NCBI RefSeq assembly: GCF_963921235.1
Contig: NC_086108.1
Location: forward strand, 65,164,001 to 65,228,000
Reading direction: 5' to 3'
Source: Mobula hypostoma
Lineage: Eukaryota
DNA: 64,000 nucleotides
The translations under genes and the position numbers were made by a program. The first letter of the stretch is position 1, and each line of letters opens with the position of its first letter. Positions 40,525 through 54,068 of the stretch are shown piece by piece. The notes under the pieces are model-generated. The model searched no databases and was not told the DNA's origin. It saw only the letters and a list, made by a program, of their open reading frames with translations.

Positions 40525-41060
40525 AGAACAGAAGACATATGAGCAGAATTAGGCTATTTGCCCTATTGAGTCTGTTCCGCCATTCTATCATGGCTGATTT
40601 ATTATTGTTTTCAACTCCATTCTCCTGTCTTCTCCCCGTAAGCTTTAACGCCCTTACTAATCAAAAACCTATCAACCTTCACTTTAAATATACACAATGA
40701 CTAGGCCTCCACAGCCATCTGCCACAATGAATTCCACAGACTCGCCACCAACAGTCAAAAGAAATTCCTCCCCATCTCTGTTCTAAAGGGATACACTTCT
40801 ATACTGTGACTGTGTTCTCTGGTCCAAGACTCTTCCACTATAGGAAACATCCTCTCTATAACCACTCTCTTTTAATGCCCAGTAGATTTCAATGAGATCC
40901 CTACTCTTTCTTCTACACTCCAGTGAGTACATGCCCTGCCATCAAATGCTCCTCATATGCTAACCCTTTCAATCCTAATATCATTCTTGTGAACCTTGTC
41001 TAAACCCTCTCCAACACTAGCACATTCTTTCCTAGATAAAGCGCCCAAAACTGCTCACAG
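40525..41060 (-). mobile_element. CR1 3' fragment
   Basis: Colinear with 32600-33110 and 11190-11640. Confidence 0.85.
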
Positions 41061-41129
41061 ATATGAACCATTCCAGTGTCCAAATAATGAAGTGTTTAGG
41101 GGCATATCAAAGAACACAAAATAAAACAG

Positions 41130-41516
41130 TAAGTTAACTGAAAGATGGCTAAGAGGGAAGACAGACATTATTTTCTCTTATGAAAATGAAGGGATGACCT
41201 AGCAGAACTCTTCAAGGTTATAACAGAGTTTACTGTAGTGAATGTCATGGAACTCTTTCTTCTTGGAAGCAAGATCAGAATCAAGGAACATGTTTGTCAG
41301 AGAGTCAACAGTAAATCTAAGAGGGGATTCAGCAGAAATGTCTTTCCTGGCAAGAGAGGACAGAGTGCAAAACCAGTCACTAGATGTCTGGCATATGGAA
41401 CAAGTTGGCAGAGGAAGTAGTCAAGGCAGGAACACATAAAATATATAGAAGATTTTTAGAAAGTACACGTATAGGTGTACAAGCTGGCCTTACCTCCATG
41501 CTGAAAATCTATGACT
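41130..41516 (+). mobile_element. Old CR1 3' fragment
   Basis: Decayed RT C-terminus and a CTCCATGCTG...CTATGACT tail. Confidence 0.55.
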
Positions 41517-43057
41517 GCATGCAACAACTGAACTAAAAGGTTGATGCACCGAAGTTAATCTAGAAGACCAAATGTGAAACGAATGAGGTGAGTCAAAGAG
41601 GTGTAGGTGGAGGCTATCAGATTTAGTGTCCCATTTCTGTAAATAGTTTGTCATAGTTAATACTATATTAGAAAATCCATTTCTCAAGAATATTTTCATT
41701 CAACCAATAAAATCCAGAATATCAGAGGTTGAGTACATAATCACAATAATTAGTTTTGCTGTCATTGCAAAGAAGTGAAAATGAAGAAAGCAATGATCAC
41801 AGTTCGTTGAATTACTAATAATTTTAAGAAAGACGAGATAATGATGAACAAATATGAATTGATGAAGACTGAACAAATGTACCAAGTGTAAAGAGTTAGT
41901 GACATATTTCAGTTCAAATTCTGGAGGCACTCTGTGATTTGGGAATGTTTGCTGGAATAAAATGTCAATACTAGATGGAAAACAATGAATACATTTTTTC
42001 TGGAAAATATTTTGCCTCAAGATGTTTTGGAAACATTATAGCCAAGATACTGATGTATCGTAAATGCCCATAACTTTTTTTCAGTTTTGTCTGGTGAATA
42101 TATTTTTTCTGGCCACTATTTACAGCTAATTTTTACACGTAGATTGAAACCAAAAGATTACGTGAAACTATTAAAGCAATGATTCCTAAAATTATGAAAC
42201 ACACTAGTATTTTGAGATAGCAAGATATTTCTTAAAGATTAATTTAATCCTATTATCAAGTTATCCCACAATCAGTATATATTTGTACATATTGTAATAA
42301 AAATAAAGATTGACAGTAAGTACAGCAATATTTTAATTAGAAGCCACTTAGCTTTGATTGTTGCCTGGTAGTCAACCTTTCTTGTTCAGTCATTCTTTTT
42401 ACTTTATGTAATAACTAAGCACATTTGCAAAATGTCTTCATCAATTAGTATGTGTACATCGTCATCAATTCTTTACTGAACGACTGATGCAGCAGACTGT
42501 CATCGCAGTCATGTTTACTTTCATCAAACTTGCAGTGACAACAAGCCTAATTTTTCAACAGCACAGTTTCTAACACATCCACCTGTGTTTATCTTCATCA
42601 GAGTTAAAGCCTAGAGTTGGAGTTTTCAAGTCCTCAATCACATTCATCTTTCAGATGAAAAGTTAAACTGAGAACTTGGGTGGATGCAATTGTGAAAGGA
42701 AGAGAAGGGGAGCTATGCCCATTATCATGTTCAATGTTTATCAAAAAAAAAACATTATCAGTACTGAATAATTGTTATATCACCGTTTGTGGGAGCTGGG
42801 TGTTTGAAACCTGGCAGCTGCATTTCTTGCATTGCAACAGATAATACACTTCAAAACTGTATCAATGACATATGGAACATCCAAAAGTCTTGAAAATTGT
42901 ATACAAGTAAAAGGGCACTCTTTTTGAAAACAACAGAGAAAAATCCCTCTTTTTTAAAAAATTCAGCTCATACTTAGCAATGATCCATGTGATGTTGATG
43001 TAGCCTGTTGTGACCTTGTACAGAAGAGGTGATAGCATCATCCATCATGGCTATATT

Positions 43058-44665
43058 CATTGTCACCGAGGAGAACGTTAGAAGAGCCTTCCTGAAGATA
43101 AATCCAAGGAAGGCGACGGGCCCAGATGCCATCCAGGGACGGGTTCTCTGGGCCTGTGCAAGCAAGCTAGCTGGAGTGTTTGCTGACATCTTCAGCTGCT
43201 CCTTGCTTCAGTCTAAGATCCGCTCGTGTTTTAAGAAGGCAACGATAATCCCGGTGCCGAAGAAGAGCAAGGTGGCATGCCTGAATGACTATTGACCTGT
43301 GGCTCTGACATCAATTGCTATGAAGTGCTTCGAGCGATTGGTTATGGCACACATCAACCGCAGCCTACCGGTCAACCTTGACGCTTTGAAATTCACCTGC
43401 CGGAGCAACAGGTCAATGGCAGATACCATGTCTCTGGCCCTACATTCCTCCTTAGAACACCTGGAGAATAAAGACGCATATGTAAGGCTCCTTTTCATTG
43501 ACTACAGCTCTGCCTTTAATACCATCATTCCAAATAAACTGATTTCTAAGCTCCAGAACCTGGGCCTTAGCATTCAGATCTGCAGCTAGATCTTCAACTT
43601 CCTCACAGACAGGACCCAGGCTGTAAAAATAGGGGACAAGCTCTCCTCTACAATCACTCTAAGCACCGGTGCCCCACAAGGCTGTGAACTCAGCCCCCTG
43701 CTGTACTCACTGTACACCCATGATTGTGTAGCCAAGTTTCCATCAAACTCAATATGTAAGTTTGCTGATGACACCACAATTGTAGGCTGTATCGAGTAAT
43801 GATGAGTTTGAGTACAGAGAGGACATTAAGGACCTGGTGGCATGGTGCAAAGACAATAACCTATCACTCAATGTCATCAAGACGAAGGAATTGGTTTTTG
43901 ACTTCAGAAGGAGTAGCGGACCGCACGACCCCATTTACATCGGTGGTGTGCAAGTGGAACAGGTCAAAAGCTTTAAGTTCCTCGGGGTCAATATCACAAA
44001 TGACCTGACTTGGTCCAACCAAGCAGAGTCCACTGCCGAGAAGGCCCACCCGCGCCTTTACTTCCTGAGAAAGCTAAAGAAATTTGGCCTGTCCCCTAAA
44101 ACCCTCACTAATTTTTATAGATGCACCGTAGAAAGTATTCTTCTAGGGTGCATCACAACCTGGTATGGAAGTTGTCTTGTCCAAGACCGAAAGAAGCTGC
44201 AGAAGATCGTGAACACAGCCCAGCACATCACACAAACCAATCTTCCGTCCTTGGACTCACTTTACACCACACACTGTCAGCGCAGTGCTGCCAGGATAAT
44301 CAAGGACATGACCCACCCAGCCAACACACTTTTCGTCCATCTTCCCTCCGGGAAAAGGCTCAGGAGCTTGAAGACTCGTACGGCCAAATTTGGGACCAGC
44401 TTCTTTCCAACTGTGATAAGACTGCTGAACGGATCCTGACCCGGATCTGGGCCGTACCCTCCAAATATCCGAACCTGCCTCTCAGTTTTTTTACACTACC
44501 TTACTTTCCCTTTTCTACTTTCTATTTATGATTTATAATTTAATTTTTTAATATTTACTATCAATTTGTACTCCAGGGATCGTGAAGCACAGAATCAAAT
44601 ATCACTGTGATGATTGTACGCTCTAGTATCAATTGTTTGGTGACAATAAAGTATAAAGAATAAAG
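43058..44665 (+). mobile_element. Relatively young 5'-truncated Rex1/Babar LINE
   Basis: Near-continuous [50 protein letters not shown] and ORF 43837-44439. It ends in AATAAA and a (GTATAAA)-like tail. Possible TSD TATATT at 43052-43057 and 44666-44671. Confidence 0.95.
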
Positions 44666-46877
44666 TATATTAAACATCCTAAAAATGTCACTTCACTTTA
44701 TAATTATGGACTGTTTGAACCTCATCATGGGCAAGATATATACAGATATGATGGGAGATAAACCCAGAACTAAGCTTCTTCTAACTCCATTGCTACAGAT
44801 TTCCCAAAGCTCAGGCTGGGAACTCTGTCTGTCGAGCCTCCTACTGGTTAGATGACACACATACCACAGATCTTTTAAAATGAATGGGAAGCACTAGTTA
44901 CCATCTAAAAAATAAGGAAAATTATTTTATTTGATTTAAATTGGTTATGCATTTTAATTATCCTTTTATCAAGTTAATAATTTTCTATTTTACAAGGATG
45001 TTATATTTTATAGGCTCCAAGTGATTTTGAATGTGAGCATCATGGACATTTTGTTCCATCTGTAAGTCAGTGGAAGTAAAATGCTCTTGAGAATGGATTT
45101 TACAACAGACGTTGAAGGCCTTTTCTTATCAATAATTCTCTCCAGTGCTTGGAATATAAAATGTTAATTGTTGACATTTCCATTTTGGCCCTTGAAATAA
45201 ATAGTTCAGTTATGCAAATTTTTCAACTAAAATAAACGAAACTTTGGTAGAAACATCCTCTCAAATAGGAATCACATGCAGTTGTACATCAATCTTTGGT
45301 AATCTCTGTCATGGAAGAGTTTCCCTTATTGACAACCACTCTAAACACCATTTGACTTTTAAAATTGTGAACACTGCCTTGAGAGTCATTCTCTGCACAG
45401 CAAAGTGAGCAGAAGTGAGCAGAAATGAGCAGGAAAATGGCTAGAGCACTGGGCCTCTTTTCACTTGGATATACCATTTTTATAGCACAATTGCAGGAAT
45501 GGATTTCTTCAAAGTTGAGTTTATTGTCATGTGCACAAATACATGCATGCACAGGTGCAATGAAAGGCTTACTTACATTGGCATCAGAGGCACATAGAAT
45601 CATATAAGCAGCATTCACAAGGAAAACATAAGCTGTACTGAACTTCTATCAGGAGAAAGTCCATTTTAGTGCAAAGTGGTCATGGTGCTGCTATATAGTG
45701 ATTAAGACTTTGCCTGTTAGTTTTTGAGAATACTGACAAGATTCTGTGCTGTTTTATGACAACAATAACAGTGCATTTGACAGGTACTCCATAATTTCTT
45801 TTCACTGTTGCAAGGTTATCTTGTCAGTGGCACCGAATGTTGATGGAATTTCCATATGCTATTGTTTTGCTAGTACTCTTAGACAGATTGTGATGGCAAA
45901 GGAAATCAAAATCAGATGTGATATTATACATCACGTGGAAACTGGAGGCTGTAATCTAGTTAAAAATGACAAGTCACATGCGTACTAACTGTTGTAATTG
46001 GATTTCAAATGACATGTTATGTGCTCACTGTAAATCATTTGCTGAGGTTAGTAAGATTTAATAAAGTATCCTCTGACAAGTAAACCCCAAGGCGCCAATA
46101 GGTGCCACACAAGCATATTAACTTGATGATCTGTCAATATTATAAGAAAAAGGGTCAGCAACAAAAAATTGTTTTTCCAAAATCAAGATATATAAATATA
46201 TACTGGGATTAAATTGATGAAACTGACTTTTATCTGCTAGGGTGCCATGCCAGGGACTGCATTACCAAAACTTTCATGATTATCAGGTCCAGTTAGAAAA
46301 TTTGCTGCCCTTCAGTGGACTGGATGTGGTGCTGAATTTGAATGCTTTGAGAAATAGCAGAAGGGAGATTGCATAGTCCAAGTGAAGTGTCTGCAGCATA
46401 ATATGTTTTTTTTAACCCATCCACTGAATTAACATGCTACGTTCTGTTTTCCTGACAAATTAATTTGAACAAGCATCACTTACCATCAGATCAGGAAAAG
46501 TGAGGAGAGAAGCTGATCTGCTCAAAACTGGATGATTGTATTACTCCTGCCCCCTCAGTCTGTCCCCTGTCCCTACACGAGTGGACCAATCCTCACATTA
46601 ACTCACCTTGCAAGTGTTTACATCCCCATCAAACAAATTTCATCTCGCTTCTAATCACCTGCCTTCTATTCAGCTGGAGGTTAGCGTGAGGCAACATGAA
46701 TGTTTCTTTTGATCCTCTAAGACCAGAAGTATTTCAGGGTAAGCAGCATTTGTTGGCTAATGAAAGATGGAAAGTGCAGTTTAGTTACCTGCAAAGTACA
46801 GCACCTGCATAGCCAAGGATCCAGTTTGTGCTAATCTAAACAAAATTTTCTCTGGTCTTCTCCAAGGGACTTTTAAA

Positions 46878-47270
46878 TTAGATTCAACTTTATTGTCATT
46901 GTGCCGAGTACAGATACAAAGCCAATAAAATGCAGTTAGCATCTAACCAGAAATGCAAAGAATAGTGTTATTTACAAAATAACTGCAAATAAAAAGTAAG
47001 TGCTACAGCACACAAATATAAAAGTACTGAGACAGCTTAGCGCTGTGATGTGAGGTTCAGCAGGGTCACAGCCTCAGGGAAGAAGCTCTTCCTGTGCCTG
47101 CTGGTGCTGGAGCGGAGGCTCCTGTAGCACCTACCAGATGGGAGAAGAGTAAAAAGTCCATGGTTAGAGTGAGATGCATCCTTGATAATGCTTTTCGCCC
47201 TGCCCAGGCAGTGTTTATGGTAGATGTTCTCAATGGTGGGCAACTGGGTGCTGATAATCCGCTTACTTAC
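46878..47270 (-). mobile_element. Rex1/Babar 3' fragment
   Basis: Translates AKSIIKDASH...LLPSGRCYRSL...SFFPEAVTLLN, with ACAATAAA at the minus-strand 3' end. Confidence 0.85.
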
Positions 47271-47299
47271 TGCCATAAATGTAGTGACCATTTTTTTGC

Positions 47300-47710
47300 A
47301 GAGAACGTGGAACATGGAACATAGAAATTTACAGCACATTACAGGCCCTTCAGCCCACAATGTTGTGCCGACCATGTAACCTACTCTAGAGAATGCCTAG
47401 AATTTCCCTAGTGCTTAGCTCTCTATTTTTCTAAGCTCCATGTACCTATCAAAGAGGCTCTTAAAAGACCCTATTACACCCCCTATTGAATTTCATGTAT
47501 TCACCACTCTCTGTGTGAAAAGCTTACCCCTGACATCCCCCTGGTACCAATTTCCAAGCACCTTAAAACTATGCCCCCTCGTGTTAGCCATTTTAGCCCT
47601 GGGAGAAAGCTTCTAGCTATCCACAGGATCAATGCCCTTCATCATCTTATACACCTCTACCAGGTCACCTCTCATTCTTCATCGCTCCACGGAAAAAAGA
47701 CCAAGCTATT
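47300..47710 (-). mobile_element. CR1 3' end
   Basis: Closely similar to 25085-25510. Confidence 0.9.
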
Positions 47711-48402
47711 CAAAAATATAGTTGTTATAACGCCTTTTTATTGACACATTTGCCCTTCAGTTCTTCAATTCTTATCACATTGTCTTATCTGGTATTCAAT
47801 TAAAGGTTTGAAGAAAATTGGGAATTATGCACACTGAGTGATTGTAAAAAAAATCCTGTTATGAGTTATTACCATATTGAAGATGGAAGCCTGTCTTTCT
47901 TGAGCAATTTGTACACACACAGTCCGACATGGTTAAGTTAAATGCAGGCATCAGCAGGTTTGGAGGCAGTTTGCTGAAATGCTCCTATTTACAGAGCATT
48001 TAATCTAAAAACCCAGCCACTCATATAAATTAATATCCAGACCACCGGATCAGTTAGCTTCTAAAGCAAGAGATGGGATGAATCTGGAAAAATACTGTCT
48101 CTTGACTGAGTTTAGTCCAATAGGGAAAGCAGTTCTGATATTCCCTGAACTCTATACCGCCGCCTTACTGGAGGGTTGTGAGCCAAGCTTATAAGTTGAA
48201 GAGAACCTTTAACACCGGAAATAACTCATCATAATGATTTTGGTTGATAATATTTCCATACTGATCCAATTAGAATGACTTGTTTCGTCAACTATTATAA
48301 CCTGGAATCATCAGTTTTGAGCATGCACACTGTAATAAGTGAAGTTTGATCAAACACATATGGCCTGTAACCTCACATGAATATTTAAAAGTCATGACCT
48401 AC

Positions 48403-48465
48403 TATGAAAGATTCGAACAGGCAAAACAGGATGTCCTCGAGGTTGGGCATGAAAATCAATAACAG
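48403..48465 (-). CDS. Candidate 63-nt exon
   Basis: Acceptor TTATGTTCTACAG and donor ATA|GTAGGT. Open as LLLIFMPNLEDILFCLFESFI or VIDFHAQPRGHPVLPVRIFH, with two CpGs retained. Confidence 0.3.
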
Positions 48466-48564
48466 CTGTAGAACATAACCATGAAACATTTTTTTGTAAA
48501 GGTAGCTAACAAATAGTCTATTTAGATAAAGCACTGTAAAAAAAGCAATTCAGCTGTTGACTTA

Positions 48565-49450
48565 TGTTACGTACCCCGTAACTGGGTTGCCAAACCAGCA
48601 GAAATGGATCACTCAGTTGGAGTCTGGATTACTGGAACTAAAAAAGTTTTATTAAAGAAACAAGCAACACAGTACTCTAATCAAAAGGATAATAAATGCA
48701 ACAGTTCAGCAATGATAAACACATATGTACACAGAATTAGGATAACAGGATCAATCAAGCTCTATCGTCGTCTAGGGGTAAATGACCAGTTTCAAAGTGA
48801 CGAAAAGTTCAGTTCAACTGAGTTCAGTTCAGTTCACAGTAATCACTGCCGTGGCGATGGACAGTGGGGGGAAGGAGAGAGAGAGCAAAAGCGAATGAAT
48901 ATTCAAACGGCTTCCACACAGACCTTCGATATTCTTTGCAGTCAGCTTTCGGGCGAGCCCTTTGTAATGTCTTCTGAGGTCACCAACTGTGACTCCTCCG
49001 TTTTCAGATACGATCGTTCTTCTGCAGTGAACCTGGCACCCAGGCAAGGGTGGACACACACCAGGTTCCCGCTGATCGTACCTTTCCACCCTGTGCGTCT
49101 ATGGCTTGGTCCCGCGACCAGCCCTCCAAAAATCCCACTGACTGGTGGGAGGCGCACCGCTTCCAGGGTCTCGTTACCTCGTGGTGTCGTGTGTGTCTTG
49201 CCTTAGCGAACCTGTCCCTTTTTATCCCCCTGCTGGGGTATCACTTGTCCATCACTTCAAACAGTTCAGGGTTCAAAGGGGAGCCGATCTTGACAGCTCT
49301 CCTTCCGCCCCTTCATTAACATCTCCAAATGCTGCTCCATTGTTTTCCTTATCTCTCATTCTCCTGAAGACAGGTGGCAGACCAACTGCTGATCCCACTG
49401 GTGCCAGCACAGGACAGTTAACATCTTAATCTATGTGTACTCTCGTCACA
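48565..49450 (-). mobile_element. 886-bp solo LTR (Gypsy-like)
   Basis: TGTTACG...CGTCACA termini and a 4-bp TSD, CTTA, at 48561-48564 and 49451-49454. On the minus strand a TATA-like GATAAAAAG (~49220) precedes AATAAA (~48650). CpG-rich. Confidence 0.92.
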
Positions 49451-50349
49451 CTTATAATCAAAGTTATATAGGTAATATGACACTTAGAACAGTTAACCTT
49501 CAATTAATAACATTTGCAACTTTTGATGTTAAACAAGAATTTTTAAAGTGAATCTGCAGCCAGTTGAACAGGATTTTGAAACATGTTCCCATCTATAGCA
49601 TTAATAATCTGAGGGTCAGATTTGGAAAAAGAGGATTAGGTATGAGGACAAAATCATCTTCTATGTTTTAGCCCCTCCAGTGGTAATAAACTCATTGCAG
49701 AATGGAATACTTGGGGAATTGTCAGACTGTGGAAAAACCTTTATACATTAAGTGAGATAAGTGAGCCTGGAGCCAGTCTAGAAATTTCTGGACCCAACTA
49801 GAATGCTGCATCTGATGAGCTACATCCCATCTTCCATTAAGCCACCCGCAATCCATCTCAGTCTATAGTGGAGCTCGGTTTCTGCCTCATAAGCTTGGCT
49901 TGTTGTCAGATGAACTCAAGCATTTCAATGGATTTGCAGAACATCACAGAAGTCCACATGAGTGGTAGTGGCTCAGAGGACCACAAGTTTCTGTTGTCTC
50001 TCAGGATACCAGCTGTGGTTATACATCAGTAATATTGGTTGTGTTTGTTTATAGTTGTCATGTGATTAACAACTACCTGGTCTGAAAACATCTGTAAAAA
50101 CAGGTCCAGAGGTAGCTATGAAGACCCTCTTAATAAATAGCATATGTTTTCTTTCAGCTCTTTATGTCTAAAGTGCAGTGATCTATACACAGCAATGGAC
50201 TTTGCAGGAAGTCACAGTTCACTTTGAAGATGAGGATGGGTTTGTGAAGAACTATATTAAGGGAGTTTGCATCTTACATAAATGTTAAGGCTTGGGTGAA
50301 ATATATCTCTATTTGATAAAGTAAACAAGTGAAGATATTCCAGAGGTTT

Positions 50350-50950
50350 TGAATTTTTCAAATCATCCAGTCTACAGGAGTGGTGTCAGAAGATTGAAGG
50401 ACTGCTACCATTGAATTTATGTTTAAAAAGGGAGGGAAGTATGAATGGAATATCCACAGGAAAGCTAGTTTACCTCTGTATGTAGGCATATAATTGGAAC
50501 TCATTAAGGAATAACATATTAAGTTATTTTGAAAGATTAATCAGGGATAGTCACCATGTGTATGCTAAAAAAAAAAGGTTACGTCTGTGTAATAGTTGAT
50601 GTTTTTGAGGAGTAAACACCAAAGGTAGATGACGTCAGTATATCTGATGTTGTCTACACTAATTTTAGCTTTTACTTCAGTGCAACTTTCCTCCACTAAC
50701 AGCATATGCCTTGATTTTCTTAATATCGAAATACTTCTGATCTCTATCTTGACTAAATTCAGCTACGGAATCTCTGCAGCCATCTAGGGCAGAGAATTAC
50801 AAAGGTTCTTCTCATCCCTGTCCTGAAAAGCTGAAATTTTATTTTCAGACAGTACCTCCTACGAAGGGAGATACTTACTCTGCATCAACCCTCTTAAACC
50901 CAAATGAATTTTGTGCATTTCATTTAGATCATTTCTCATTGTATTAGACC
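50350..50950. mobile_element. Two old CR1 fragments (plus ~50350-50670, minus ~50680-50950)
   Basis: Decayed similarity to CR1 RT and 3' regions elsewhere in the window. Confidence 0.6.
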
Positions 50951-51259
50951 GAAAAGTGCAAAGACAGAGAAGCAACACTTGCCCCTTAACCTCAAGCCTT
51001 CTCACCATTTGGGCCCTCAAATAGGTGAAGCAGAGATTCAGTTGCACCTCTGTCAATTTAGTGCATTATGCCTGTTACTCACCATAAGACCATAAGACAA
51101 AAGAACAGAATTAGGCTGCTTGGCCTATCGAGTCTACTCCGCCATTCCATCATGGCTGATTTATTAAGCCTCTCTCCCCATTCCCTTACCTGCTTCCCAT
51201 AACCTATGACACCCTGTCTAACCAAAAATCTATCAAACTTTGCTTTAAATATACTCAAT

Positions 51260-53773
51260 TCCACCTCAGGCCAATATCAAACAGGCTCTAGATGATCTGA
51301 GCACTGTGATCAACAGACATGAAACAGCGCACCCTGATGCTTCCCCTTCATCTCAAAGTTTCAAAGGTTTCAAAGGTACATTTAATGTCAGAGGAATGTA
51401 TGCCATATAGATTTGGTATATTGAGGATATAAGGTATATGAGGATAAGACTGCCTTTTCTTCACAACCTTCCACGAAAACAGAGGAGTGCCAACAAAGAA
51501 TGAATGTTAGAACCCCAAAGTACCCCCCCCCAGCTACACTCCCTCCCACACGAAAGTGGCAGAAAGCAACAATCCCCCCTCCTCCCACCGAGCACGTAAG
51601 CGTGAACAGGGCAACAGCAAAGACACAGACCTGCAGTACTCCAAAGACTACATTGTTCACCCGGCATTCAACATATCACACGTTCCCTCTCTCTCCCTAA
51701 TAAGGGAGAAAGAGATGTTCCTGTTTCACGGCGAGAGGGGAAACATAACAAACAACTCACTGGTTTACGATGTTAAAAGTCTGTCGCGTCGCTTTTTCTG
51801 AGCTCTGTGCCCAAAGATCTCGAGTTTCTGGGCACACAGCAGTAGAATTTCCATCTCCCCTGACACACCGGTCTTCTTCTCGGATACCGACTTCCAATCC
51901 CCCGTCTCCAGAGCCATGAAAACTCGGCCCTCCGAAGGCGAGTGGAGCTCTTAGGCTGAGCCCTTGGTGTGCAGAACAACGGCCAGTTACGAAACCCCGA
52001 GAGTGGGTTCCATTCCCGCAAAGAACCATAGTCAGCACGTAACTCCAGGTCAGGATCTTCAAAAGAACCCTGAAAGGGAAAAACAGAGATATTAAAGATG
52101 GAAATAGAGCTGTTTCCGAATATGCAAGCAAAGGAGTGACCGTTAACCCTCCTAAGCTCCACCTTCTTCAGAGGTTGGTCATGGCTAGAATCTTAGGGGA
52201 TTTTAACCAGGCCAGCTTGTAAAAGTCACTAAATAATTGTGATCAACTAATCACATATAGTGCCAGAAGAAACAACACACTGGAGTACCTGGAAAGACTC
52301 TGAAAACTTGTGCCAACCAACTGGCGGGTATATTCAAGGATATTTTCAACCTCTCATTGCTATGGTCGGAAGTTCTCACCTGCTTCAAAAGGGCAAGAGT
52401 TATACTAGTGCCCAAGAGGATGAGTGTGAGCTGCTTTAATGAGTATCATCCAGTTTCACTCACATCATCATGATGAAATGTTTTGAGAGGTTGGTCATGG
52501 CTAGAATCAACTCTTGCCTCAGCAAGGACCCACTGCAATTTGCTTACCGCCACAATAGGTCTACAGCAGATGCAATCTCAATGGCTCTTCACGCAGCCTT
52601 AGATCACCTGGACAATATAAACACCAACATACATCAGGATGCTGTTCATTGACTATAACTCAGCATTTAAGATTATCATTCTTACAGTCCTGATTGAAAA
52701 ACTACAGGACCTAAGCCTCTGTACCTCACTCTGCAATTGGATCCTTGACTTCCTGACCGGAAGACCACAATCTGTGTGGATTGGTAATTACAACTCCTCC
52801 TCGCTGATGATCAACACTGCACATCTCAAGGATATGTGCTTAGTCCACTGCTCTACTCTCTCTATACCCATGACTGTGTGGCATAGCTCAAATGCCATCT
52901 ATTAATTTGCTGATGATACAATCATTGTTGGCAGAATCTCTGATGGAGATGAGAGAGTGTACAGGAGCCAGATATATCAGCTAGTTGAGTGGTGCAGCAA
53001 CAAACTTGCCCGAACATCAGTGAGACCAAAGAGCTGATTGTGGACATCAGAAAGAGTAAGACGAGGGAACATGAACTAATCCTCGTTGAGGGATCAGAAG
53101 TGGAGAAAGTGAGCAAGTTCAAGTTCTTGGGTGTCAATATCTATGAGGATCTAACTTGGTCCCAACATATTGTTGCTTCTATAAAGAAGGCAAGATAGCA
53201 GCTATATTTCATTAGGAGTTTCAGGAGATTTGGATTGTCACCTAAAACACTCAAAAACTTCTACAGATGTACCATGGAGAGCATTCAGACAGGCTGCATC
53301 ACTGTCTTGTGTGGGTGGGTGGGGGGCTACTGCACAGGATGGAAAGAAGCTACAGAAAGTATTATAATTAATCAGCCCCGTCATGGGTACTAGTCTCTGT
53401 AGTGTTCAGGAAATCTTCAAAGAGTGGGTGCTGAGAAAGGCAGCATCCATTATTAAGGACCCCGCGTCACCCTGGTAACATACCCTCTTCTCATTGTTAC
53501 CGTCAGGAACAGGTACACACACAGCGATTCATGAACAGCTTTTTCCCCTCTGCCATCAGATTTCTACATGGACGTTGAACCCATGAACACTATCTCACTT
53601 TTTTATCATTTCTGTTTTGGCACTGTTTTTAATTTAACTATTTATAATACATATATAAACTGATTATAATTGATTTTTTTCTATAGTTATCATGTGTTGC
53701 ATTGTACTACTGCTGCTATGTTAACAAATTTCACAACATACGTGGGTGATATTAAACCTGATTCTGATTCTGA
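51260..53773 (+). mobile_element. Rex1/Babar LINE with internal deletions, nested in CR1
   Basis: Endonuclease remnant (GDFNQA), [17 protein letters not shown] and FADDT, with an (ATTCTG)n tail at 53757-53773. Confidence 0.9.
51352..52169 (-). mobile_element. Family B non-coding retroposon, copy 2
   Basis: Colinear with 6549-7309; inserted in Rex1. Confidence 0.8.
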
Positions 53774-54068
53774 CTACATTGCCACAACTGTCATTGGCAA
53801 TGAATTCCACAGATTCATTTCCCTCTGGCTAATGAAATTCCTTCTCATCTCTGTTCTCAATGGATGTCCCTCTATTCTGAGTCTGTGCTCTCTGGTCCTA
53901 GACTCACCCTCTATGGGAAACATCCTCTCCACATTTAATCTGACAAGGCCTTTTTAATATTCTATAGGTTTCAATGAGACTCCACTCACCTTCTTCTAAA
54001 CTCCACCAAATACACAACCAGAGTAAATAAAATTGCCCTCATACATTAACCCTTTCGTTCCCAGAATG

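Noticed and set aside
41494..41559. Minus-strand 66-nt exon candidate with a strong GTAAGG donor
   Set aside because: The donor half lies within an old CR1 3' tail, and it does not join the downstream candidates in an open frame.
42440..42600. CpG-retaining unique segment as an exon or conserved element
   Set aside because: No convincing splice sites, and conservation cannot be assessed from this sequence alone.
15530..46800. AG|GT recursive-splice-like sites (~15543 +, ~23583 +, ~46788 -)
   Set aside because: They occur on both strands at a frequency compatible with chance, and there is no transcript evidence.
48604..49206. 200-aa ORF
   Set aside because: It lies wholly inside a solo LTR, antisense to it, and has no recognisable motif.
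25085..53773. Short tandem repeats (AACATAG, GACTAT, TAATC, ATTCTG, CCATAAGA) as an array or CRISPR
   Set aside because: These are ordinary LINE or retroposon 3' tails with no spacers.
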